A DNA stretch of 56,219 bases from a virus. Every line of letters begins with the position of its first letter. The stretch's first letter is position 1. Position numbers and translations under genes: made by a program. This document shows positions 42,338 to 50,711 of this stretch, in pieces. The stretch covers positions 1-56,219 of the IMG/VR virus record IMGVR_UViG_3300045988_063094, one strand, 5' to 3'. The notes beneath the pieces are model-generated. The model saw nothing but the letters and a program-made list of their open reading frames with translations. It had not been told where the DNA came from and searched no databases.

Positions 42338-42785
42338 ATTTCTCCTTCCATAAAGCATCTTTTGCTTTCTTAGCTTCTTCTATGGTTTTGAATCGGTATG
42401 TTTTGCCGCTAAAGTGGAACGAATATCTGCGTTTCAAACCTTTCGTTGAACGGTCTTCGTAGATTCCGTACTCGCCAGTTAAAGTGTTTCTGGCCTGAAC
42501 AGTATTTGCAACATTATCAGCTTGGGTTACGCAGCGAAGATTCTCAATCCTGTTGTCTGCCCTGATTCCATTGATATGATCGATTACTCCAATAGGCATT
42601 AGCCCATAATGAAGTGCGTACACAAGGCGGTGTGCTTTGTATTGTTTTCCTTTGATTTTTACAATCAAATACCCGTCTTTATCGTAGCTTCCTGCACTGT
42701 TTTTCCTGTCTTTTCTGTGTAACGTACCGCCAGAATCAACGTAAAACCATTTGCAAAGATACTCGACAAGTTCCTTATCGGTCAT
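42261..42785 (-). CDS. HNH homing endonuclease
   Basis: IDHINGIRADNRIENLR motif. The 3' end overlaps the ERF start by 77 nt. Confidence 0.75.
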   Translation of the reverse strand: MTDKELVEYLCKWFYVDSGGTLHRKDRKNSAGSYDKDGYLIVKIKGKQYKAHRLVYALHYGLMPIGVIDHINGIRADNRIENLRCVTQADNVANTVQARNTLTGEYGIYEDRSTKGLKRRYSFHFSGKTYRFKTIEEAKKAKDALWKEKYGNTCEAFQNSRRAESPKKPAQFFW

Positions 42786-42857
42786 GGAATCGTCCTCCTT
42801 TCTTCGGCTTTATTAGGCTTGATTGCTCTTACTTTGGCTTAATACGGCTGTACAAAA

Positions 42858-43007
42858 TCAATCTCCCCAGCACACGGAATCCGCTTCATCTGGCCGCTGC
42901 CATTCAGGCTCTTCGTCCGTCCTGGGAGCGAAGTAGTAGTCATCGGGCGGCTCAACCACGCCACCAAACCGATCAAAACAACCGGAACAATCGTACATTT
43001 CGTTCAT
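42858..43007 (-). CDS. small acidic protein (49 aa)
   Basis: ATGA overlap with the upstream stop. Internal start of ORF 42858..43145. Confidence 0.35.
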   Translation of the reverse strand: MNEMYDCSGCFDRFGGVVEPPDDYYFAPRTDEEPEWQRPDEADSVCWGD

Positions 43008-43249
43008 ACCGTGCCTCCAAGTTTCAGGATTTTTGCCTTCATCTCTTCCACAAGGGCTTCCAACTGAGATATGATATATTTCATCTTGCTGAAACTCCTC
43101 GTTACGGAGTCCCACTGATCCATATCTATTTCGACTGTATTCCATGTATGGCCGCAGTTCTCGCAGAGTCTCCGTCGGATGATGTTGTCTTCACATGATG
43201 TGCTGCGATAGATTTTGATTTTCTCGCTTCCGCATGTCGGGCACTTCAC
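43004..43249 (-). CDS. NrdR-like zinc-ribbon protein
   Basis: GTG start in a GTGA overlap. KCPTCGS...IRRRLCENCGHTWNTVE. Confidence 0.45.
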   Translation of the reverse strand: MKCPTCGSEKIKIYRSTSCEDNIIRRRLCENCGHTWNTVEIDMDQWDSVTRSFSKMKYIISQLEALVEEMKAKILKLGGTV

Positions 43250-43506
43250 TTGGCATCCCTCCACTCGTTTGTGTGATGCGGGATGCGCTTGATTTTTCGG
43301 CTCTCTTGCTCCATGCGCTCGTTTTCGGCGCTTACGCCAATTGCGGCCAAAATAAGAGCTGCAAAAAGCATCGCCAGAGCAAGGAAGGCGTATCCAAGCA
43401 TCGCCCATCCGTTTGCCGCGCCATCAATAGCATTTCCGCACCCAAGAGCTACGATAGCAAGCGAAATGCTCATACAGCACAGCACCGTGCCTTTAACTGT
43501 TTTCAT
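43246..43506 (-). CDS. small membrane protein
   Basis: 86 aa with two to three TM segments. Confidence 0.5.
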   Translation of the reverse strand: MKTVKGTVLCCMSISLAIVALGCGNAIDGAANGWAMLGYAFLALAMLFAALILAAIGVSAENERMEQESRKIKRIPHHTNEWRDAK

Positions 43507-43738
43507 CTCTCTTCACCTCTTTCAAAATAATGTCAAATCCGTTCGGCTTTTTCTCGTTGATGACTATTTTTGCATTTAACGCCTTTGCGATTTTTAGAAG
43601 CGTATCGACCCGAACGGAACTTTTCTGCTTCTTTCGCTTGCCCAAGATGCTGTAAATCGTCGGTCTTGATATCCCAGATCTACGGCTGAGGTCGTTGATG
43701 TTGAAGTACCTGACCCTCATTGCATCTTCCAGCGTCAT
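43493..43738 (-). CDS. HTH (XRE-like) regulator
   Basis: INDLSRRSGISRPTIYSIL. The C-terminus resembles that of 22397..22618. Confidence 0.6.
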   Translation of the reverse strand: MTLEDAMRVRYFNINDLSRRSGISRPTIYSILGKRKKQKSSVRVDTLLKIAKALNAKIVINEKKPNGFDIILKEVKRDENS

Positions 43739-43926
43739 GCCTTTTTACCGACGCCGAAAATCCAGCAGGTGGCCATCAGAGCGCCAACACCTATGATGTA
43801 CCATGTCGCCTTAGCTCCGACCAAAAGCTCAATATGATGCACAAGCCAGAAGTTCAACAGGAACGTTGCCAGAATCAATGCCAGGACGATGCCCCAGATC
43901 AGGGCGATTTCCACAAGTGCTTTCAT
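43735..43926 (-). CDS. small membrane protein
   Basis: Start MKALVEIALIW with an AAGGAG RBS. Confidence 0.5.
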   Translation of the reverse strand: MKALVEIALIWGIVLALILATFLLNFWLVHHIELLVGAKATWYIIGVGALMATCWIFGVGKKA

Positions 43927-44006
43927 TTTTCTCCTTTCGCTTGTTGATATGTTCCAGCCGCTCCTTCTCACGGCTGTGCCAGCGGATTTCCCGCTGACCG
44001 TAATAT

Positions 44007-44408
44007 TTACCGTTCATCAGGCGGCTCCACCTTCCCCTGACTAAGCAACGTGCTGTAATGCCCATAGTTCATTCCGAGCGACTTTGCTTTGTCGTTTATT
44101 TGCTTGATGCTGTATCTAGGTGGAGTCGGCCTTTGCCTTTCTGGCAGCTTGAATTGATATCCAGCCGGTGCGCATGACCTTTCGACCTTTCTAGCACAAT
44201 CTTTGTGATACTTTTGATCTGGTGTTTTCTTTACCATCGCCTTACCGCACCACGCACAGAGACCCATCACTCGTTCGGTTTTGCCATTCCGACGTCTCCA
44301 TTTCGCTTGTTGTTCAAGCTGGACATTGTGCGCACATACGACGCAATACTTCTGGTTTGCGTTCGGAGCTTCAAGAAACGCTCCACAGCGGACGCAGAAT
44401 TTATTCAT
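44007..44408 (-). CDS. zinc-finger protein
   Basis: Start MNKFCVRCG ... CVVC ... CAWCG. Confidence 0.5.
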   Translation of the reverse strand: MNKFCVRCGAFLEAPNANQKYCVVCAHNVQLEQQAKWRRRNGKTERVMGLCAWCGKAMVKKTPDQKYHKDCARKVERSCAPAGYQFKLPERQRPTPPRYSIKQINDKAKSLGMNYGHYSTLLSQGKVEPPDER

Positions 44409-44570
44409 CGCGCTCACCGTCTTTCTCTCTGGCTTCCCGGTTGTGCCTTTCAAAGCACTGGTTCAGCATCTTTTCCATCCAGAACACCTTGTTGGCATCG
44501 TTTCGGGATACTCCAGCAGCCATTGCCAGCTTCAGTCTGCGTTTGCGGCTTTGCGCCCTGCGAAAATTCG

Positions 44571-44969
44571 TCACCAGCACTCACCAACCTTCTTGGTGAT
44601 GAACTCAGGCACGTTCCTGCCGGTAGTCCGGCACAGGCAGACGCACTTAGCAATCCAAATATCAAAAAAAGCAGAAGGGATGCAGCACGTTGCATTTCTC
44701 TTAAAGCTTTCATTATCCGGTTTACTAAGCCAAACAGAAACCGCCTTGTAGTCATACGCTTCCGTGACTCTGCACCATTCGATGCTATACCCATCCAAAC
44801 ACAGTCGGTTCATAATACGCATTGCCATAAGCTTTGCTTCGATGAGGTCCGCTTCTGTCCACTTCAGCTTGTCCGCCTCGTAGGCCTTTGTCGCTTCGTT
44901 AATGGCGTGGTGCGCTTCTTCCGGGTATTCAAGGTCAACCTTTAAGGTGATGATCTGTTCCATGTTCAT
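44571..44969 (-). CDS. hypothetical protein
   Basis: 132-aa ORF overlapping the Rha gene stop. Confidence 0.55.
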   Translation of the reverse strand: MNMEQIITLKVDLEYPEEAHHAINEATKAYEADKLKWTEADLIEAKLMAMRIMNRLCLDGYSIEWCRVTEAYDYKAVSVWLSKPDNESFKRNATCCIPSAFFDIWIAKCVCLCRTTGRNVPEFITKKVGECW

Positions 44970-45718
44970 CCCTCCACTTTCCTGCTCTTCTCCGTCTTTA
45001 AGAAGAGATTAACGAAATAGACCTGACCGATACCCGTCACCTTCGGGGTCTTATTGATAGAAGTGTGCCCATCGGAATGTGCAATGGATGTTTCCTTGAT
45101 TTCAAACAGGCGAAGTTCCATAGACTTCTGCGTTGGCATATTGTAGTCTGTCCGCTTTCTTTCCTTAATCAGGTATCCGTTCTCACGCATCCATGAGAAC
45201 AAGCGGTTCTGCCCCATCTGGATGCCGTTCTGTGACAGCAGCTTTGCCATTTCACCAACAAGAATGCTTTGGTTGCTTGCGCTCACAGCGTCAGCGAAAA
45301 GCGCTTTCGGCTTCATGGTTTCAATCTGCTTGTCCTTCTCTTCCAGCTCTTCGTGCGCCGCAATCAGCGCAGTTGCAAGGAGTTGTGAACGAGTGAGCTG
45401 CGGCTGTTCAGCCAGCTTCTTTTCCATTTCGTTGAACGCTGCAATGTACTTGAGCTTCCACTCAAGAGCCGCCTTTCCGGTAAAGCCCATAGCCAGCAGG
45501 GTGAAACCGTCACGGTTCATCAGGTAAGCCCTCTGTTCCCTGCCGTAGCTATCCGGCACGGTGGTTTCAAAGAACATCTGCGCAAAATTGCGCACATCTT
45601 CTTTGAGGTTGTCCACAGCTCTAAGAACGTCACGGTGGTTCTTTTCAAAGCTCTCAGCAATCTGACGACTGGATGCTACCGGTTCGCCGTTCTGGGTCGA
45701 TAATATAATGTCGGTCAT
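44966..45718 (-). CDS. Rha-family regulatory protein / antirepressor (second copy)
   Basis: VASSRQIAESFEKNHRDVLRAV ... YLMNRDGFTLLAMGFTGKAALEWKLKYIAAFN. Confidence 0.75.
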   Translation of the reverse strand: MTDIILSTQNGEPVASSRQIAESFEKNHRDVLRAVDNLKEDVRNFAQMFFETTVPDSYGREQRAYLMNRDGFTLLAMGFTGKAALEWKLKYIAAFNEMEKKLAEQPQLTRSQLLATALIAAHEELEEKDKQIETMKPKALFADAVSASNQSILVGEMAKLLSQNGIQMGQNRLFSWMRENGYLIKERKRTDYNMPTQKSMELRLFEIKETSIAHSDGHTSINKTPKVTGIGQVYFVNLFLKTEKSRKVEG

Positions 45719-45731
45719 TTTTTCTCCTTTT

Positions 45732-45950
45732 TTACTCTTCCGAACCTTGAATATTCAGAATCCGGCAGATGCTTTGGACGATTTTGTCCGGTTTCCGCTC
45801 TCCGCGAAGAATCTTGTAGAGGTACGAATCGTCAAAGAACAGTCCTGTGTCATCCCTGACAGCCTGAATCAGTTCCGTTTGCTTCATACCTCGCTGAAGC
45901 AGCTTCATCTTTACTTCAAGCCCAAAATCAGACCAGAAGTTTTCTTTCAA
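45732..45950 (-). CDS. Cro-like HTH regulator, first gene of the early operon
   Basis: TTG start with a GGAGGTGG RBS. MKQTELIQAVRDDTG. Confidence 0.55.
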   Translation of the reverse strand: MKENFWSDFGLEVKMKLLQRGMKQTELIQAVRDDTGLFFDDSYLYKILRGERKPDKIVQSICRILNIQGSEE

Positions 45951-45977
45951 AATTCCACCTCCATTTGCTAAAATCTA

Positions 45978-46006
45978 TTGACAAGTACGGAAATCTGTAC
46001 TAATAT
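45978..46006 (+). promoter_or_regulatory. rightward promoter toward the repressor gene
   Basis: TTGACA, 17-bp spacer (= operator O1), TAATAT. Confidence 0.5.
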
Positions 46007-46109
46007 AATGGTGTAGAGAGTTCATATTGTACAGTGTTCTGTACTGCCCATGTCTGTATTATAGTACAGGCTTCTGTACAAGTCAACTCTTTTGTACAAA
46101 ATTCTGTGC
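45985..46109. promoter_or_regulatory. four operators GTACAG-N4-CTGTAC
   Basis: 16-bp cores at 45985, 46029, 46064 and 46094. The second and third are perfect; the first has 1 mismatch and the fourth has 2. Confidence 0.65.
46058..46086 (-). promoter_or_regulatory. leftward early promoter
   Basis: Minus strand reads TTGACT, 17-bp spacer (= operator O3), TATAAT. Confidence 0.55.
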
Positions 46110-46143
46110 ATTTGTATACTTGCACAAATATGGGAGTGTTCTT

Positions 46144-46473
46144 ATGTCGGACTTGTACAGCAACATCCACGCACTCTGCGAAAAAGAGGGCATCAAAGAC
46201 GGAACCCTTTGTGCCAACATCGGGATTCGCCGTAGTTTTCTTTCCGAGTTAAAAGCCGGGAGAACCAAGAGCCTGTCCGCAGAGGTTCTTTCTAAAATTG
46301 CAGCCTACTTCAACGTATCGGTAGACTACCTTCTCACTGGCGAACAAAAAGAAAACCCGCCCCAGCAGCCGCAAAGCGAAATTGATGCAGCAGTGGAGCG
46401 GATTAGAAGAAAACTTGAATCCATGCCGAAAGAACAGCGTGAAGCTCTGATGAACCTGATTGAGAAGATGTGA
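46144..46473 (+). CDS. CI-like XRE-family repressor
   Basis: Start MSDLYSNIHALCEKEG; HTH SFLSELKAGRTKSLSAEVLSKIAAYFNVSVDYLL. Divergent from the cro-like gene. Confidence 0.7.
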   Translation: MSDLYSNIHALCEKEGIKDGTLCANIGIRRSFLSELKAGRTKSLSAEVLSKIAAYFNVSVDYLLTGEQKENPPQQPQSEIDAAVERIRRKLESMPKEQREALMNLIEKM

Positions 46474-46496
46474 GGAAACGGTTCTGACCCGGTAAA

Positions 46497-46545
46497 ATAA
46501 AAACCCCTTGTGCCGGGCTGGTGTAGCTCTGTGCAAGGGGTTTTC
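46497..46545. terminator. stem-loop terminator after the repressor gene
   Basis: AAACCCCTTG ... CAAGGGGTTT stem with A/T flanks. The loop is large. Confidence 0.45.
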
Positions 46546-46840
46546 TGTTATTCCAGGTCTAAGGCTTGTTCCGCTGCCGGAATCTTATCAGGGTGTTCCA
46601 ACAGCCATGCGATAAATCGGTCAATCTTAGCTCTTTCTTGTTCACTCATTGTGGCATATCCTCCCGATCGGTAAGTTCGGATGTTCATTTGATATGATTA
46701 TACATCTTTCAGTTGTATAGTCAATACAATTTTAACAACTTCGTAAAAATCGAATGTTTTCTTCACATCCGTTACTTTACATCGGGGAAGCCACGAGCGT
46801 TCAAGTCAAAAGGGACAACGCCTATCCATCTTTCCTCCAA

Positions 46841-47047
46841 TCACAGCTCTACGAGCTGCCCGTCAATGCGTTCGATGCTATCTCCCGGGTCGCGCCCATC
46901 GTCTAAGGCGGCTACGGCACGTTCCAAGATGCCTTTTGCTTCGAGGTAAGCATCTTTATCAGCTTCGTACCCAGAAAGGCTCAGGACAAGCTCCAGCGTC
47001 CGTCTACGAGCGTATGGAATAATCAGAGCATCTACGGTTCGGTTCAT
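46841..47047 (-). CDS. hypothetical protein
   Basis: Start MNRTVDAL; TAATG overlap with a 36-aa upstream ORF (47047..47157). Confidence 0.4.
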   Translation of the reverse strand: MNRTVDALIIPYARRRTLELVLSLSGYEADKDAYLEAKGILERAVAALDDGRDPGDSIERIDGQLVEL

Positions 47048-47299
47048 TAGCTTTCCTCCCATGGTTCAGGTGTGTGCGGTTGCCCATCGGGAACGCTGGC
47101 GGGCATTCCATCGATGATCGGCATACGTTCATGGTTCCAGATTACAGTTTCTTTCATTTTGTGTTTCCTTTCTATTTGGAATTTTTTGACAATACAGTTA
47201 TAACATAGGCTGCTGTTGGTTCTCCATAGCAGCTTTTTCCATTTTTTGGCTTGTCGAATCCGGCAGTTTTGTAGAATTTTGTTGAAAGGGCGTGAATTT

Positions 47300-47893
47300 A
47301 TGGATGAATATTTGTTAAGAACTTCAAGGGCATTGGAAATGGCACGAATGCGTTCCGGTCTGAGTCAGCAGAAATTGGCGGCACAGATGGGCGTTAATCG
47401 TGGTACGATTGCCAACTGGGAGCAAGGTCTGGCAGCCATCTCCCTGCCAATGGCTATGCGCTGGTTCACCTGCTGCGGCGTATCGGTGGCTCGGTACATG
47501 GACGCTTGCATTCATCCGGGGCTGCTGGAGCATCTGGAGGACGACCTTTCCGGCATGGAAAAGCGTCAGATTCTCATAGATGCCATGATGGAGTGTTCTT
47601 CCTACGAGATAGATGCCTTGTTGTATATGCGGTACGGAGATCACGGTTCAGACCACATTGGTGTGCTGACGGAGGTTCTGGCAAACCTTCACACGCCGTT
47701 GAAGGACAGGGTCTCTGTCTGCCGGATGGTATCGGGCAACTATGAAATAGCGCAGGCTACCGGGACAGACCCAGACCCGAACGGAACCACCCCGAAGATG
47801 GAGATTCTCTATCAGGCGCAAGATGCCGGAACGGAAGCTGCTATGAAGTCCAACGATTCTTATACCGTGAACCCGAATAATATAATCGGCTGA
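47300..47893 (+). CDS. XRE-type HTH protein with a C-terminal domain of unknown function
   Basis: Start MDEYLL; SGLSQQKLAAQMGVNRGTIANWEQG. Confidence 0.6.
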   Translation: MDEYLLRTSRALEMARMRSGLSQQKLAAQMGVNRGTIANWEQGLAAISLPMAMRWFTCCGVSVARYMDACIHPGLLEHLEDDLSGMEKRQILIDAMMECSSYEIDALLYMRYGDHGSDHIGVLTEVLANLHTPLKDRVSVCRMVSGNYEIAQATGTDPDPNGTTPKMEILYQAQDAGTEAAMKSNDSYTVNPNNIIG

Positions 47894-47927
47894 TTGTCGA
47901 ATTATCGCAGTTTTTGAAGAACATTTT

Positions 47928-48470
47928 GTCCACGTTCATCCACTTTTTGTACACCTATCGGGCAAATTCGCCTTGTCATTCCGTCCCCCATAGACTGCAA
48001 ATCGACAACATTCGCGCGGAATAAATAACGAATTATCGTCAATCTATTGCTTGCGATTGAGTGGTTCGTCAATCCGTCCCCCATTGTGCAGATTAGGTAT
48101 ACCTTTCCATCCACTTCTTGTACACCTATCCACAATCCGTCCACGTTTGGTATACCTAACGTTGAACCGTGTCTACCATTGGAATCTACCGTTCTTGTCT
48201 TATTTAGCAATGGCTTTTGATACTGTTTTCAACAAAGAAAAAAAGAAAAGAAAAGTTTTTGTGGAAAATTCTACTACTTCCTATTAGTAGAAGATATTTT
48301 AATATCTTGTTTTAACTCTTGTTTTATATATAGTAAGAACGTGGACAAAAAATGGATGAACGAGGACGGATTGTGGACGAACGAGGACAAAATATTCCAC
48401 AAACGAGGACGAATTGTGGATGAACGTGGACGTTATGTATTGACTCGTCCTCGTAACGGTGGTATAATAG
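47928..48470. other. plasmid-type replication origin: phased iterons, inverted copies and an AT-rich core
   Basis: Five TGGAYGAACGWGGAC-type iterons end at 48346, 48367, 48388, 48410 and 48431 (21-22 bp spacing). Inverted copies occur at e.g. 47928-47942 and 48130-48143. An A/T-rich tract spans 48200-48335. Confidence 0.65.
48440..48468 (+). promoter_or_regulatory. rep promoter overlapped by an inverted iteron half
   Basis: TTGACT, 17-bp spacer, TATAAT. The spacer contains GTCCTCGT, the reverse complement of ACGAGGAC. Confidence 0.55.
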
Positions 48471-48503
48471 CTGTGGAAATCAAATCGGAAAGGAAGTGTT
48501 GAA

Positions 48504-49595
48504 GTGTCAGACATCAAAGGAGGCAATCTGATTGAGAAAAGCCGACCTCTTGTATGGGCGAAATTCAGGGACTACACGGCTGGCGAACTTCGTCTGTTGG
48601 AAGTCTACTTGTCAAGAATCAACCCTCGTGACCCTGAAACGTCAGCAGTCAGATTCACGTTGAAAGAATACTGTGATTTTCTGGACATCAAAATTAACTC
48701 AAGGAATTTGAAAGCGCAGGTCAAGCACTTTGTTAGCAACTCTGTGGAAGTTCCTAGAGGTGATAAGGCTGGTTCTTATGACATCTATCCCCTGTTTGAC
48801 CAAGCGTCTGTCGAATTTGATTACAAGTTAGCTAATTTCTTTATCACGCTTAGCTGCAATCCGAAACTGCGTCCTGTTTTCTTCGACATCGCCGAAAAAG
48901 GATACGTTAGATATCGTCTGCGGTACACGGCAAGTATGAAATCGCAGTACAGTATTCTCTTGTATTCAATCTTGCGTGACATGATAGGTCGAGGAATAAA
49001 AACGCCTGAAATTACAGTTGAGAAGCTAAGAGAACAGTTAGGAGCGAACGAACCGAGCTACAACGAATATCGGTATTTGCGAAAGCGAGTTCTTGATGTG
49101 GCGGTAAAGGAAATCAATGAACTGTCTGACTTGCAGGTCGATTATGAGCGTGTCATCATTGGACATAAGGTTGTATCAGTGAAGTTTAACGTGCATCAGC
49201 ACACAGAGCCGGTCATAGATGCCGAATCAAGCGAGGTTAGCGGTTCGTCCTTGAAAGATGTTCCTGAAGACCAAAGGCCTGTTAAAAAGGCTCGCAGAGG
49301 TGCGTATGAAGATGTTGACTGGGCATCCATTGCTCCAAGACTTACGGAAAAGCAGTGCATCGAGATTGCAAAGTCCGTTGCAAAGCGCATCAAGGAAAAA
49401 TACCCAAACATAAAACAGAACAAAAAGAAAGAAGCAGTTGTAAATATCGTCGAGAACGCTTATCGAATCATTATTGTCGATGGTGAAGCGGAGCGAAAAG
49501 AACCGTTGAAGAATCCGGGGGGGTACTTGTTCAAGACGATTGAAAAGACAGACCTTGATGATTATGCTACATTTGACGATAGCTTCTTGAAGTAG
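48504..49595 (+). CDS. Rep_3/RepB-like plasmid replication initiator
   Basis: GTG start. LIEKSRPLVWAKFRDYTAGELRLLEVYLSRINPRD has the layout of iteron-binding initiators and lies directly after the iterons. Confidence 0.7.
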   Translation: MSDIKGGNLIEKSRPLVWAKFRDYTAGELRLLEVYLSRINPRDPETSAVRFTLKEYCDFLDIKINSRNLKAQVKHFVSNSVEVPRGDKAGSYDIYPLFDQASVEFDYKLANFFITLSCNPKLRPVFFDIAEKGYVRYRLRYTASMKSQYSILLYSILRDMIGRGIKTPEITVEKLREQLGANEPSYNEYRYLRKRVLDVAVKEINELSDLQVDYERVIIGHKVVSVKFNVHQHTEPVIDAESSEVSGSSLKDVPEDQRPVKKARRGAYEDVDWASIAPRLTEKQCIEIAKSVAKRIKEKYPNIKQNKKKEAVVNIVENAYRIIIVDGEAERKEPLKNPGGYLFKTIEKTDLDDYATFDDSFLK

Positions 49596-49627
49596 TCATA
49601 CACAGTAAATAAAGAAAGAGGGACAAA

Positions 49628-50407
49628 ATGGCAAAAATTATAGCTGTTGCTAACCAGAAGGGCGGCACAGGAAAGACCACAACAAGCACCTGTCTGACTG
49701 GTGCGTTGCAGTTGCTTGGCAAGAAAGTTCTGCTTGTGGACTGCGATGCCCAGTGCAACGCAACGGACACCTACGGTGCACAGACAGAGGACGTATGCAC
49801 CCTGTTTGACGTGATGACCCGGCAAGGTACGGTCGAAGAAGGAATCCAGCACTGCGAAGCCGGTGACATTCTGCCGTCAGACAACGCATTGAAGGACATT
49901 GACGAGCAGCTTGTTCGGGACATAGGCAAGAACTTCCGGCTGCGTGAAGCGCTGGAACCCGTGTCTGCACAGTACGATTACATTGTTTTGGACACTCCCC
50001 CGCAGCTTGGTCTTGCACTTGTGAACGCTCTGATCGCCGCCAACAGCATCATCGTACCCATTACAGCAGACCGCTATGCGCTTGCCGGACTGAGCCAGCT
50101 TTCGCAGACCATCGGTGATGTTCACAGATACTTCAACCCGACCTTGAAGATTGAAGGTCTGCTTCTGAACCAGTACAAGAGCCGTGAGAATCTGTCCAAA
50201 GAGGTGGTGGAGCAGCTTCCTGTGATTGCACAGAGCATGGGAACAAAGCTGCTTGACGTGAAGATTAGACCGTCTATGGGCGTTCGTAAGGCACAGGCGG
50301 AGCGGCACAGCCTGTTTAGCGGTGACACGGCAAAGAGCACCAGCGCAGAGGACTTCAAAGAGCTGGCAAAGAAGATTGTAGAGGGGGATAAAAATGCGAC
50401 TGATTGA
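49628..50407 (+). CDS. parA: ParA/Soj-type partition ATPase
   Basis: Deviant Walker A: AVANQKGGTGKTTT. Confidence 0.85.
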   Translation: MAKIIAVANQKGGTGKTTTSTCLTGALQLLGKKVLLVDCDAQCNATDTYGAQTEDVCTLFDVMTRQGTVEEGIQHCEAGDILPSDNALKDIDEQLVRDIGKNFRLREALEPVSAQYDYIVLDTPPQLGLALVNALIAANSIIVPITADRYALAGLSQLSQTIGDVHRYFNPTLKIEGLLLNQYKSRENLSKEVVEQLPVIAQSMGTKLLDVKIRPSMGVRKAQAERHSLFSGDTAKSTSAEDFKELAKKIVEGDKNATD

Positions 50408-50711
50408 TTCTGATGAACTTGTAAATTACTGTTTGCAGAACCAAGCCAACAACGCAAGAATTCGTAGCGAAACGGCAAGCGTATGTGATGTTTTAGAAAG
50501 CGTAATTTGCCATATAAGACTGATGGATGAAATCCAGCCGAAAGAAACAGCAAAGTGGGAAGTTCATCATCGAGTGGACGAAGATGGAGTGCATTGGGAT
50601 TGGCTCGAATGCTCAAACTGCCATTATAAAATTGCACGTTACCCGAAAATGTACCGTGAGACAAGATTTTGCGCTTGTTGCGGATCAAAGATGGAGGATG
50701 AAGAAGAATGA
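50394..50711 (+). CDS. hypothetical protein with a C-terminal zinc ribbon (paralog of 37970..38353)
   Basis: RLIDSDEL ... CSNC ... FCACCGSKMEDEEE. Confidence 0.55.
   Translation: MRLIDSDELVNYCLQNQANNARIRSETASVCDVLESVICHIRLMDEIQPKETAKWEVHHRVDEDGVHWDWLECSNCHYKIARYPKMYRETRFCACCGSKMEDEEE

Noticed and set aside
47902-48210. 102-aa minus-strand ORF, plus 48051..48287 and 48299..48526
   Set aside because: They sit entirely within the iteron and AT-rich origin region upstream of rep. There is no RBS, and the repeat-driven sequence explains the open frames.
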